From a virus (lineage: Duplodnaviria; Caudoviricetes), in the IMG/VR virus record IMGVR_UViG_3300028591_000070, positions 256,001 through 320,000 of that record: a DNA stretch of 64,000 nt. One strand, 5' to 3'. This document shows positions 1 to 9,481 of this stretch, piece by piece (within the stretch, counting starts at the first letter, position 1; every line of letters starts with the position of its first letter). Position numbers and translations under genes: made by a program. A model generated the notes under the pieces. The model ran no database searches and was not told the DNA's origin. It saw only the letters and a program-made list of their open reading frames with translations.

Positions 1-310
1 CTTTGGCTTCATGAGCCGGAGCTTCAGGAACTGGGCCAGAATCTTCGGGTTTTTCGATAGGCTTAACATAAAATGAAAAACTGTCTTCTCTAAATCGAAG
101 ATTTATTCCAACATCAGCATCTTGTGCTGATACATCTTTGATTACTTTTTCAATTTTTGAAAAATAATCTTTTACTTCCTGAGAAGCATATTCAAACTGA
201 ACATCTCTGGAATTGTCCAAAAAACAAAATCCAGAGCCTAATTGCTGACCAACAAGCCCTTCTTTTTTGAGAGCTTCTTCAATGTCATTTGAAACTTTTA
301 ATAAATCCAT
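1..310 (-). CDS. hypothetical protein (partial, runs off window start)
   Basis: ATG at 310 with AGGAG SD upstream; frame open to window edge (MDLLKVSNDIEEALKKEG...). Confidence 0.7.
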   Translation of the reverse strand, partial: MDLLKVSNDIEEALKKEGLVGQQLGSGFCFLDNSRDVQFEYASQEVKDYFSKIEKVIKDVSAQDADVGINLRFREDSFSFYVKPIEKPEDSGPVPEAPAHEAK

Positions 311-314
311 ATTA

Positions 315-572
315 TTAACTCCTATTGGTATCTTTTAAAAAAGATTTATACTCAGTGTCTATTTTATCTGTCGCTGTATTTAAGTCATCTTCACACTTAA
401 AAGAAACAGTAAACTCAATTTCATTTGAGCCTTTTACTGGATAGCCATGAATATCATGGTCTCTTGTTTTTTCACGAACTCTGATAGAAGGAAAAGTAAT
501 AACGTCTGCATATTCGTCCAAAATATCCAAAATTTTGTGATTAAATTCTATAATTCTTTTATCAATTGTCAT
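315..572 (-). CDS. hypothetical protein
   Basis: 85 aa ORF directly after a class I promoter. Confidence 0.7.
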   Translation of the reverse strand: MTIDKRIIEFNHKILDILDEYADVITFPSIRVREKTRDHDIHGYPVKGSNEIEFTVSFKCEDDLNTATDKIDTEYKSFLKDTNRS

Positions 573-610
573 TTTATCTAGATTATACCAAAAGGTTAAT
601 ATTTTTTCAT
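573..610. promoter_or_regulatory. back-to-back promoters: class I on - (ATGAAA-17-TATAAT-CT) and class II GTTAATATT on +
   Basis: ATTATA 582-587 with TTTCAT 605-610; GTTAATATT 595-603; both motifs recur through the window. Confidence 0.6.
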
Positions 611-1393
611 ATGGTACAAGTAGGAATAACAGAGAGAGGTGATGCTGCCTTAAATACTAGCTGGAAGAAATGGGTAGAAAATGGGCAGCCTGCGATTTTA
701 ATCACAAAAAATGTAATTAAACTTATTGAAGAAAACAAGCAATTATTATTAAATGGAAATGTAATTATTCATGCAACTGTTACTGGATTAGGTGGCACAA
801 GATGGGAGCCTAATGTTCCAAATTATAAAAAGGTTTTAGAATTTTTAGAAAAACAAATTAGATATGGTTTTCCAAAAGAAAGATTAGTTATAAGATGCGA
901 CCCAATTTTTATTCCTTTTATGGCTCCAGAAACCCAATCTATATTTGACTACAAGTCAATTATTTCTGAAATATTAAACTTTGCTATTGATAATGATTTA
1001 AGGTATCGTATTTCATTTTTTGACTATTACCCACATGTTAGAGAAAGAGTTAAGAATTTACCACAAACTCTTGTTATTGAGAAGTTAAACCAAATACAAC
1101 CTGAATTACATGCTAATATCCTTTTAAGGCAAGGTTTTTTAGCTATGTTGGAAGATTATATTACTACTCGAGGTGGAAAAACTGAAGTAGAAATCTGTGG
1201 TGAGCCTGGTTTACCTTGTACTGGTTGTTTATCTAAAAAAGACTTAGACATTTTTGGCATTGAATTGGATAAAGACCCAGAAACAGGAATGCAAAGACCT
1301 GCTTGTGCTTGTTTAGGAATTAAAAGAGAATTATTAGATAATAAACACCCTTGTGCCCATGGCTGTCTCTACTGTTATTGGAAAGATTACTAA
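611..1393 (+). CDS. DUF1848 family protein (SPL/radical-SAM-like Fe-S protein)
   Basis: ITKN, EPNVP, RCDPI, QRPACAC and C-terminal CAHGCLYCY motifs; start moved to ATG 611 after the GTTAATATT motif. Confidence 0.8.
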   Translation: MVQVGITERGDAALNTSWKKWVENGQPAILITKNVIKLIEENKQLLLNGNVIIHATVTGLGGTRWEPNVPNYKKVLEFLEKQIRYGFPKERLVIRCDPIFIPFMAPETQSIFDYKSIISEILNFAIDNDLRYRISFFDYYPHVRERVKNLPQTLVIEKLNQIQPELHANILLRQGFLAMLEDYITTRGGKTEVEICGEPGLPCTGCLSKKDLDIFGIELDKDPETGMQRPACACLGIKRELLDNKHPCAHGCLYCYWKDY

Positions 1394-1400
1394 TTTATTT

Positions 1401-2612
1401 ATGAGATTAAATGAAACTATTTCAGATGTATTCTATGATCAGCCTGAAATTTACTTAAAGTGTATTGAGGCTGGAGCAAAATATTTACAAGAAAAACCAT
1501 ATCCAGAAAATAATCAAGATATTAAATTTAAATATGGTTATCATCCAGAAAAAGTAACTAACAGAGAAAAGTGGTGGACCGATGCTCTTAGACCTATTAA
1601 AGCTGAATTGAAAGATCACTATGGCCCAGGATTTACAAAGAAGATTAAGGGTATTGTTTGGACTTTAGCAGATGAAGGTAATACTGCTTTGGAAAATATG
1701 AAGCAGTTTATCTCAACTGGAACCTGTGAACAATATGAAGCTTTTTTAAATAGCAATTCTAACAATTCAGATGCAGGTGGCCTTTATATTGATGATAAGG
1801 TTTTTGATAAACCAGTTTGTATAGAGTGCGGAGCTCCATTATCAAAAGAAGAAGTTGAAGCTTATGGCGATACTTGTGAAGCTTGTGCTTTAGATGATAT
1901 TGGAAGAGATAGACATTATGATGGCCCAGATATGGGAGATTTATTTGAGTCTATTATAAAAGAAGGAACAAACACAGAAAAGAAAAATTATATCGACATT
2001 AAAGGTGAAAAAGCTCCATTAGACTGGGATAGAATAGATGATAAAATAGAAAAAGTTGGTTTTGGTAAAGACTTATATGAATGTATTATTCGCGAAAGTG
2101 AGATTAAATCTTGGTATGAGCCATTTATGAATTTCTATTACCAGATTTATAATGGTGGTGTAGGTCAGCCAATTAGATTAAATCCTGGATATTACAAAGA
2201 AGTAGATGAAATTTTAAGCATTGCTTCATATAATGATATTCTTACAAATATATATGAAGAAAAATATATTCCAGAAGAAGTAAAACCATTATTTGAAGAG
2301 TTTGTGAGAAATGTTAAAGAAGTTTGTGATGCAGTATCTTCAACTACATTCTATAGACCTTGTGAATATTGTGGTGGATCTGGTGAAGAATATGTAATGG
2401 ATGAAGATGAGGACGGAAATGATCGTTCTTATTATGATACTTGCATTAACTGTGGTGGTGATGGTGAAGTTCAATGCAGCTATGATGAAGTAGATGACCC
2501 AGACGATATTAAAAATTATCTAAACTTAGAAGCAAAAAATGCTTGGGATGAGCTTGAGAATAAATGTTTAGACTATCAAAAAATGTTTAAGATTATAGAA
2601 GGAAAAGAGTAA
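1401..2612 (+). CDS. mosaic hypothetical protein with CxxC Zn motifs, DMP19/DUF4375-like segment and DnaJ-type CxxCxGxG repeats; possible virion internal protein
   Basis: CIECG..CEAC; YQIYNGGVGQ; CEYCGGSG/CINCGGDG; ACTAAT motif 6 nt before ATG 1401. Confidence 0.55.
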   Translation: MRLNETISDVFYDQPEIYLKCIEAGAKYLQEKPYPENNQDIKFKYGYHPEKVTNREKWWTDALRPIKAELKDHYGPGFTKKIKGIVWTLADEGNTALENMKQFISTGTCEQYEAFLNSNSNNSDAGGLYIDDKVFDKPVCIECGAPLSKEEVEAYGDTCEACALDDIGRDRHYDGPDMGDLFESIIKEGTNTEKKNYIDIKGEKAPLDWDRIDDKIEKVGFGKDLYECIIRESEIKSWYEPFMNFYYQIYNGGVGQPIRLNPGYYKEVDEILSIASYNDILTNIYEEKYIPEEVKPLFEEFVRNVKEVCDAVSSTTFYRPCEYCGGSGEEYVMDEDEDGNDRSYYDTCINCGGDGEVQCSYDEVDDPDDIKNYLNLEAKNAWDELENKCLDYQKMFKIIEGKE

Positions 2613-3508
2613 TGACATATAATCAAATTATAAAATTTCTTAAAAATACCCCAAGACCTAATGGCCGAAAGTATGATTTATATCGCTCTATAGCTGAAAA
2701 AACAAATCAAAATATTTCATATCTAAAAGCTGTAATTATTGATGATGGTTTTAGGTATGAACCTGATGAAGATGGTTATGTTATTGAGATGAATCCTAAG
2801 TTTTTAAATAAAACTACTTGGGTTGCTTATTTTGACCCAAACTCAGGTGAGTTTATAAATAGATGGGACCAATATAAACATGAAGATATGAGTGGTTTTG
2901 AAGCTCAATTAAATGGCTATAATGATGAGGGTGAGTGGATTTGTACTATAGTAGATACATCAGCACCTGATATGGATTCAGGTGGAGCTTATGATGCTTT
3001 ATTAGCTATTGTTGAACATAAAGATGAAATCTCAGGTGATGAGAATGATGAATACAAAACTTTGGAAATTGTAAATTCTCTTCAATTCAGAAAAGATATA
3101 CACAATGCTCTTGGAGAATGGGATGAAATATTTAATAGATATAGAGCATTTGAAATGGAATATGAAGTTGGCGAAAAATGTGTTGATGACTTGCACGTAG
3201 CTAAAAGATTTCATAACTATGAAACTGGTGAAGATGACTGGGACCATATCCTTGAAGATGACACAGAAAAACTTACTAAAATTATTAGTAATATTAAAAG
3301 CATATTTAAGAAGCATAATGTACCATATTATGGAACTGGTTATATTAGAGGTAGCCTAGGAGACGATCCTCGATATGCCGTTGCTGAACTCCATCCATAT
3401 TTTGCGGAACCAGGAGAAAATCACTATACTATCTTAGATGAAAAAATTGGATTAAAAGAGTCTAGTGACATTGTTAGTGAGTTTTTAAGATTGTGTGAGG
3501 GTAAATAA
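2612..3508 (+). CDS. acidic hypothetical protein
   Basis: 298 aa ORF, TAATG-coupled to upstream gene. Confidence 0.75.
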   Translation: MTYNQIIKFLKNTPRPNGRKYDLYRSIAEKTNQNISYLKAVIIDDGFRYEPDEDGYVIEMNPKFLNKTTWVAYFDPNSGEFINRWDQYKHEDMSGFEAQLNGYNDEGEWICTIVDTSAPDMDSGGAYDALLAIVEHKDEISGDENDEYKTLEIVNSLQFRKDIHNALGEWDEIFNRYRAFEMEYEVGEKCVDDLHVAKRFHNYETGEDDWDHILEDDTEKLTKIISNIKSIFKKHNVPYYGTGYIRGSLGDDPRYAVAELHPYFAEPGENHYTILDEKIGLKESSDIVSEFLRLCEGK

Positions 3509-3509
3509 A

Positions 3510-3695
3510 ATGACAGAACCTAAAGTAGTTGAGTTTAAATGTCCAAAATGTGGATATGAATGGACTAAGTCTTTTCCAGAAGGAATGGAAATTTGGACAA
3601 GAAGACGCTGCCCTAATTGTATGCGATATAGTGACAATTGTTTAAAACCTTTCAATTTTTTTGAAAAGATGAAAAAGGAAATTTCTAATGAATAA
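3510..3695 (+). CDS. small zinc-ribbon protein
   Basis: CPKC...CPNC; GAGGG SD before ATG 3510. Confidence 0.7.
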   Translation: MTEPKVVEFKCPKCGYEWTKSFPEGMEIWTRRRCPNCMRYSDNCLKPFNFFEKMKKEISNE

Positions 3696-4230
3696 ATCTG
3701 AACTATTTGAGTCCATTTTAGCAGAATCTTTACAAGAGGATTATGAACAAGCCTTAGGAGATTGGATCTGTGGATGGGACCTTAGATTTAAGAGTATTAA
3801 AAATAGAATTAAAAAATTTAAAAAACAATTTAAGGTACTTTATAGATATATTGCTCTACCATATGATTCTTATATTGAAGAGGGTCAGAATGTTTGGAAA
3901 ATGAAAGTTGGTGATATTTTTAATGCAACTCCTTGTTCAACTTCAATTATACCATTTTGCAGTAAATTAAATTATAAAAAATATGTTGATCGCATGTGCG
4001 TTTTTACAGGTAATTCTTCAGATGTTGACCTTTTAGAAATGATTTTTCATAATGCAGAAGGTTGGCAAATACCTCAGAGTGTTTATGATAAAAATAATTA
4101 TGAAGACTCAGATTATGCATGGCAAAAAGAAGTTATTTTAGATGGAAAATATCGAATAACTAAAATTATGAATATAAATGACCCACAAAGACCAACTTTA
4201 AAAAAGAAAGTTTTTTTAGAAAAATGTTAG
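3688..4230 (+). CDS. putative R-S-E clade ADP-ribosyltransferase
   Basis: VLYR(53), STS(84-86), QKE(146-148)VIL..YRITKI, in the order typical of VIP2/Alt-like ARTs. Confidence 0.55.
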   Translation: MNKSELFESILAESLQEDYEQALGDWICGWDLRFKSIKNRIKKFKKQFKVLYRYIALPYDSYIEEGQNVWKMKVGDIFNATPCSTSIIPFCSKLNYKKYVDRMCVFTGNSSDVDLLEMIFHNAEGWQIPQSVYDKNNYEDSDYAWQKEVILDGKYRITKIMNINDPQRPTLKKKVFLEKC

Positions 4231-4257
4231 TTTTAATAAAATAAGTAATTTCTATAT

Positions 4258-4281
4258 AAAGGCGCAAAAAGCGCCTTTTTT
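4258..4281 (+). terminator. intrinsic terminator
   Basis: AAAGGCGC-AAAAA-GCGCCTTTTTT. Confidence 0.8.
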
Positions 4282-4320
4282 GAATTTTTATTGAATTTGA
4301 TGTATAATCTATATAAGAGG
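4280..4320 (+). promoter_or_regulatory. class I (early, sigma70-like) promoter plus SD
   Basis: TTGAAT-17-TATAAT-CTATATAAGAGG. Confidence 0.8.
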
Positions 4321-4326
4321 TAAATT

Positions 4327-6180
4327 ATGTCAAGTCCAAGAGTTTTAGCAGGTAAGAAAAATTTCACAACAGTTAATGATGCATGGGAAGATTATTATTC
4401 TGAGAATAAGTTTGCTATTTCAGCAGATGTTCAGAAAGCTCTTAAGTATGTTCCTATTTATTATCAGAAGAAAAATCTTATGGCTATGGCTGCAGCTTAT
4501 TCTCTTTGGAATAGTGCTGAACAGCGATTTGAAATATTCTGTCCTAAGAATGCAGTTTTCCGTTCAACAAACCTTCATGAACTTGGACATATTTATTTCG
4601 GCCACTTAAAAAACTCTCGTAAGTATATTGCTATGGCTGAAAAAATCCTCGAACCTTATAGAAGTCAGATTGCAGATTTTCTTGATATAAGCCGCATGAA
4701 TGCAATCCATGATATTATCAATATTTGTATGGATTTTGAAATCAACTCAAAACTTTTTGTTACTAACAAAGAGCGAGAAGAATTGAATGCCTCAGTTCAA
4801 TTTTATTTAATGAGAAGACACGACACTAGAACTATTAGTTCTTTTATTAGTTCTTTTGATCCTGAAAAACTTTCTAAAGAAACTATAATTTTCTTCCCAG
4901 AAAACTTTGGTTTTCCTGGAAAAAAATCATTTCTTGAATATGTTCAAATGATGGTTGATTATTGTGTTCATCATAAAAAGCCAGAAATTCCACAGAATGG
5001 AACTGGTTCTTCTTATGAAGGTCAACTTTCTAATGAAACTAAAGGTGCAACTGCATTTTCTCTTCCTAGTAATAATACTGAAAATACTTCAAAAAATGAT
5101 GATGCTGAAGGTGACTCACCATTTAATGAAGAAGATGAAAATAATTCTGATGAAGAAAATAAACTTCCTTCATTTAATGAAAATAAATTGGAAGAAGAAA
5201 CTCAGGACAATTCTAACGAAGAAAACCCAGGTTCTGCTTCTTCTCCTAATGAAAATGATAAAGAAGAAGCTAATAGCAATAGTAGCAATAATGAAAAAGG
5301 TAAAGACTCAGTATCTTCAGATACTCCTCAAATTGAAGAAATAGATGATGATACTTTTGCTAAGCGTTTTAGAATTAATCGTGACACTAAAGAACAAAAA
5401 GATAACATTAAAGGAGAAGACTGCCGAGCTAATCGCAGAAATAGCGAACCTCTTTATGAACTTGAAGGTGAATCTCTTGACAATGAAATCTATAACTCTA
5501 AAACTTGGATGCTAGACCATGAAAGAGAAGAGGAAGAAATAAATAATCTTAAAGGAAAGGTTGACATAGCTTCTAATGCTTCTGAGATTAACAACTTTAT
5601 TCTTAAGAATGCTCTTCCTTCTATTGATATTTCATCTTATAATGATATTTTATACAACTATAATCGTGGTAAAACAACAGATGTATTTATCAATAAGGTA
5701 AGAACTCGTTCAACTTTCAGAAAGCCAAATGTTCATATTTTCACTGATGTTTCTGGCTCAATGGATGCTGAATATACTAAAAAGGTTGTAAAAGCTGTAA
5801 AAGCAATTAGCAGCCGTATTGATACTCGCTCATCAATTACATTTTATAATGAATGGGCCTTGAATACTGAAAAGTTTACAACTCTTAGTGATGAAGTTAT
5901 AAATAAATCATTTGTTGGTGGTGGCACTGAACTCGCTAGATCACTTAACAGAAATTATGTTAAAACTCAGGAAAATAACTCAGCTAATACTTTGGTTATT
6001 ATTTCAGATTTTTGTGATAATATCAGTGCAATTAAAAAATCATTTGATAATATCAAATCTACAATTCTTTGTATTGAAGTTGGAAACTCTAATAATGATG
6101 ATGTTGCTCAAGAATTCAAAGAAAATGAAATTAACAATGTAAAACACATAAAAATCGTAAATCGTCAATATGCTGCATAA
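4327..6180 (+). CDS. HExxH metallopeptidase-like + acidic linker + VWA domain protein (DUF2201-like)
   Basis: HELGH, NICMDFEIN, N/S/E-rich linker, MIDAS DVSGS..GGGT..ISDF; adjacent to MoxR ATPase. Confidence 0.85.
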   Translation: MSSPRVLAGKKNFTTVNDAWEDYYSENKFAISADVQKALKYVPIYYQKKNLMAMAAAYSLWNSAEQRFEIFCPKNAVFRSTNLHELGHIYFGHLKNSRKYIAMAEKILEPYRSQIADFLDISRMNAIHDIINICMDFEINSKLFVTNKEREELNASVQFYLMRRHDTRTISSFISSFDPEKLSKETIIFFPENFGFPGKKSFLEYVQMMVDYCVHHKKPEIPQNGTGSSYEGQLSNETKGATAFSLPSNNTENTSKNDDAEGDSPFNEEDENNSDEENKLPSFNENKLEEETQDNSNEENPGSASSPNENDKEEANSNSSNNEKGKDSVSSDTPQIEEIDDDTFAKRFRINRDTKEQKDNIKGEDCRANRRNSEPLYELEGESLDNEIYNSKTWMLDHEREEEEINNLKGKVDIASNASEINNFILKNALPSIDISSYNDILYNYNRGKTTDVFINKVRTRSTFRKPNVHIFTDVSGSMDAEYTKKVVKAVKAISSRIDTRSSITFYNEWALNTEKFTTLSDEVINKSFVGGGTELARSLNRNYVKTQENNSANTLVIISDFCDNISAIKKSFDNIKSTILCIEVGNSNNDDVAQEFKENEINNVKHIKIVNRQYAA

Positions 6181-6185
6181 TTGAT

Positions 6186-6220
6186 AAAAATCGCATTTTA
6201 TTAAAAAATGCGATTTTTTT
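6186..6220 (+). terminator. intrinsic terminator
   Basis: AAAAATCGCATTTT...AAAATGCGATTTTTTT. Confidence 0.75.
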
Positions 6221-6257
6221 GAATTTATTAAAACCTTAAGGTATTATCTATATAAGA
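6219..6257 (+). promoter_or_regulatory. class I promoter
   Basis: TTGAAT-17-TATTAT-CTATATAAGA. Confidence 0.75.
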
Positions 6258-6283
6258 AAACTTAAACAAAAGAGGTAAACTTT

Positions 6284-7597
6284 ATGAAAAATTTTGACAA
6301 AATGGTAAATGCTATTTCCCTTTCAAAGGATAGCGACGTTCCTTTCCTTTTAGTAGGAAATCCTGGTTTTGGTAAAACAACTGTAGTTCATGCTTGGGCT
6401 AAACAGAATGGTTACCATGTAGAAGAAATTATGGGTTCTTCATTCTCGCGTGATGAAGTTCTTGGTTACATGGTAAATGTAAATGGTTCTCTTGAAATGC
6501 TCGCTCCTTTTTGGTTCAAGAGAATTAAGAAACTTGCTGATGAAGGTACAAAATCAGTTTTATTTATTGATGAACTTTCAACAACTGGTGGTGATGTTCA
6601 GTCATCTCTCCTTCGTCTTATTTTTGAGCGTACAATTGGAAATGGTGATATGCTTCCTGAAGGAACTATCGTAATGTCAGCTGCTAACTATAAAGCAAAT
6701 CTTCCTGGTTACTGTGATGTTTCTTCTCCTGCTGTAAATCGTTTCTGTATTATCAATTTGGAAGAAGCTTCTCTTGAAACAATGGTTGATGACTATGTTA
6801 TCAATGAAATGCCTACTCCAAAAACTCCTAAGTTTGGTACAATCAATCCTTCAAAGTTACCTGACATCAGTGCTAAGATTGGTCTTTCAATGAAGAAGAC
6901 TTTTGTTAAATATTCAAATGGTGATGATGGCGGAAATGTACTCAACCCACTTAATCATAATCTCCAGATTTATGATGTTGAAAATGATACAAACACAAAG
7001 CGCCTTGCAAACTTTATCTCAGGTCGTTGTCTCAGCTATCTTAAGAGAGTACTTATAAGTATTGCAAAGTCTGATATTGAAGAAATTGAGCCACTTATCC
7101 GTGGAGCTGTAGAAGGTCTGGTAGGTGCTGGTACAAATACATTCCCAAGTGAAACTGTTCAGGAAGCATATATTTCTTATATGACAGACTCTTTTGTGGA
7201 AGATGTTGAAAAAATCCGTAGAATGTATGTAAAATATGATGCTACTCCAGCTTATGAAGCTATAACAGAAAAGCTAGTTGAAGACACAAAAGCTACTGCT
7301 TCTTCATCAAATCCTGATGAACTCTTCGAAAATATTCGCCGCAATGTAGAATATAACCCAGAAGAAAGAGAACAGATTGTTGCTGATATGGACCAGCTCG
7401 CTGTTGCACTTAAAATCAAAGGTCGCAACTTCGAAAAGAAGTATGCAACAAACCCTCTCTTTGCAGCAACTTGTAATTACATCATGAGTGTTTATACAAA
7501 TTATGTAAAAGCAAATCGTCTTAATCGCGAACTTGTAAATTATGTAAAGTATTATATGAACCGCATGGAAGAAACTTCTAAATCAGAAGTAGCTTAA
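6284..7597 (+). CDS. MoxR-like AAA+ ATPase
   Basis: Walker A GNPGFGKT, Walker B LFIDE, sensor AAN, Arg finger NRF. Confidence 0.9.
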   Translation: MKNFDKMVNAISLSKDSDVPFLLVGNPGFGKTTVVHAWAKQNGYHVEEIMGSSFSRDEVLGYMVNVNGSLEMLAPFWFKRIKKLADEGTKSVLFIDELSTTGGDVQSSLLRLIFERTIGNGDMLPEGTIVMSAANYKANLPGYCDVSSPAVNRFCIINLEEASLETMVDDYVINEMPTPKTPKFGTINPSKLPDISAKIGLSMKKTFVKYSNGDDGGNVLNPLNHNLQIYDVENDTNTKRLANFISGRCLSYLKRVLISIAKSDIEEIEPLIRGAVEGLVGAGTNTFPSETVQEAYISYMTDSFVEDVEKIRRMYVKYDATPAYEAITEKLVEDTKATASSSNPDELFENIRRNVEYNPEEREQIVADMDQLAVALKIKGRNFEKKYATNPLFAATCNYIMSVYTNYVKANRLNRELVNYVKYYMNRMEETSKSEVA

Positions 7598-7624
7598 TAT
7601 AAAAAGTTTACCTAAGTTTTCTTA

Positions 7625-7653
7625 AGGGACCCTCTTACCAGGGGTCCCTTTTT
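7625..7653 (+). terminator. intrinsic terminator
   Basis: AGGGACCC..GGGTCCCTTTTT hairpin. Confidence 0.8.
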
Positions 7654-7660
7654 CATTTGT

Positions 7661-7675
7661 GTTAATATTACTAAT
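7661..7675 (+). promoter_or_regulatory. tandem class II (GTTAATATT) and class III (ACTAAT) promoter motifs
   Basis: GTTAATATTACTAAT 7 nt before ATG 7683. Confidence 0.55.
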
Positions 7676-7682
7676 AATTATT

Positions 7683-8027
7683 ATGAATGAAAATACAGTA
7701 AACTTGGGCATTGACTCAACATTAAAAGAATATCATAAGGGTGATCATATTTTCTCAGTTGATTTTGGTAAAAATGCTGAAGATGAAAAACCTTCTTTCG
7801 AAATCCATGAATATGAGATTAAGTCTGTTATAAACTCTCATTTTGAGAATACTGAAGGAACATTCTATAAGATCGCCGACATTAAGCATCCCAGAGTAGA
7901 AATCAAAACTAATCTCAAATCAGGATTTTTTACTACTCCAAAAGAAGCTGCAGATGAGTTTATTAGCTCAATGGAATATATCTTAGAAGAAGCAAGAAGG
8001 TCATATAGTGAGCAATTCAGCGACTAA
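7683..8027 (+). CDS. hypothetical protein
   Basis: ORF; start reassigned to ATG 7683. Confidence 0.7.
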   Translation: MNENTVNLGIDSTLKEYHKGDHIFSVDFGKNAEDEKPSFEIHEYEIKSVINSHFENTEGTFYKIADIKHPRVEIKTNLKSGFFTTPKEAADEFISSMEYILEEARRSYSEQFSD

Positions 8028-9150
8028 TCTTTTTGATGAGCTTGAATATAAAAGCTCTAAAATGAAAGTGGACTTACCCTATGGTGGTAGTCCAAAATAT
8101 AATTTACATAATCTCAATTTTATTGCTGAGAAATTTGGTTATTCAATTTTAAAATCTATTTATGGTAAAGAAGTTTATAAAACTTCTGCAAATCAAGCGA
8201 AAGGCTATTTCAAGAATAGAGAAAAAGAATTTAACTCTGTTTATGGGCATCTGATTCAAGATGGTTTTAATTATCGAATAGCTACAACAATAGATCTGGA
8301 TAAAAAGATTGTTCAAATCCCAGAAAGTGAGCAAGAATTATTTAAGCCAGAAAATAGATTATTCTTTTTTAAGAATAATTTTTTTGTTATTCTAGACTCA
8401 AGCAGATGCAGCAAATATGTTGATTATTACTATAATGATGTGAATAATCTAACTATTGATTTGGCACGCATGATTGAAAAAGAAGATTATATCAATTTTG
8501 GTTTATTAGATGGAACTAAAGTTGTTACTGCAAAAGGTACATTTGATAAAGACTTAAATCCTATATCTGAAAACTTTTTGAAAGCTTCTTTGAAAGGTTG
8601 TACAGCTTTTGCTCGACCAAAATATTATGCAATTCATAAAAATCGGTCTACATTTGAGGGACAATCTTTTGCATCAGCTGAAACTCTTATAAAAGAATTA
8701 AACCTAGATAATTCTGCTTCTTGGATTTGCCGTATTTCTAAGAAAAATGCTGATGTTTATGAGACCTTAAATAACCGCTCTTTTTTGAGCCAAGATCTTG
8801 TAAACTTCAAAGAGTTGAATGACTATATTATCATTAAGTCTGATAATGATGATTTCTTAAAAGAAGCTTATGGTCATTTCTTAGAAGTTCAAACTGATTT
8901 AGATGCTTTGGATAAATTGTCTTATGCTGAGAATAGTAAGACTTGTAAAGTATCAGATGCTCTTAAACTATTTACTTGTAAATCTAAGGAAGAGCGCGAA
9001 TATTATAAAGATCAACTCAAAGAGTTAAAAAAGAATATGGGAAATGCTTTCTCAGTTAATAATATTAAAGAGAAATTAGAACTTAATGAGATTAAATCAT
9101 TTAAGTATGAAGATAATGGAAACTATACCTATTATAGTTGGGTAAAATAA
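8008..9150 (+). CDS. hypothetical protein
   Basis: 380 aa ORF. Confidence 0.75.
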   Translation: MSNSATNLFDELEYKSSKMKVDLPYGGSPKYNLHNLNFIAEKFGYSILKSIYGKEVYKTSANQAKGYFKNREKEFNSVYGHLIQDGFNYRIATTIDLDKKIVQIPESEQELFKPENRLFFFKNNFFVILDSSRCSKYVDYYYNDVNNLTIDLARMIEKEDYINFGLLDGTKVVTAKGTFDKDLNPISENFLKASLKGCTAFARPKYYAIHKNRSTFEGQSFASAETLIKELNLDNSASWICRISKKNADVYETLNNRSFLSQDLVNFKELNDYIIIKSDNDDFLKEAYGHFLEVQTDLDALDKLSYAENSKTCKVSDALKLFTCKSKEEREYYKDQLKELKKNMGNAFSVNNIKEKLELNEIKSFKYEDNGNYTYYSWVK

Positions 9151-9151
9151 G

Positions 9152-9481
9152 ATGGCTACAATTATAGAGTTTGAAGATAATTTAATTTGGGTTACATGTT
9201 CAGGTTCTCAATTCCAAGATCAGATAGAATCTTGTAAGTATCTCAAAATGAATTATAATCCCTCTAAAAAGAAGTGGTCTATAAGTCCAGGAAAAATAAA
9301 AGAAGTAATGGATGAGTTCTCAGCTTATGGTATTCAATTATCTGAGTATGATAAAGAAGCCATCAATAATTATATTGATGGCCTTTCAAACTTTCATAGA
9401 ATAGTTAAGCGTTCAGAAAGACGGCATTTCAATTTAAGTTTAATGAAAAAACCACCTTTTATTCCACCTAGCAGTTCTTAA
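9152..9481 (+). CDS. hypothetical protein, possibly HARP-like N-terminal module of an SNF2 helicase
   Basis: YNPSKKKW motif; ends just after LMKKPPF where a convergent gene overlaps. Confidence 0.4.
   Translation: MATIIEFEDNLIWVTCSGSQFQDQIESCKYLKMNYNPSKKKWSISPGKIKEVMDEFSAYGIQLSEYDKEAINNYIDGLSNFHRIVKRSERRHFNLSLMKKPPFIPPSSS

Noticed and set aside
5060-5350. Tandem repeat in the VWA-peptidase linker
   Set aside because: It is only low-complexity N/E/S/D coding sequence with short imperfect echoes (PFNEE/PSFNEN), not a true array.
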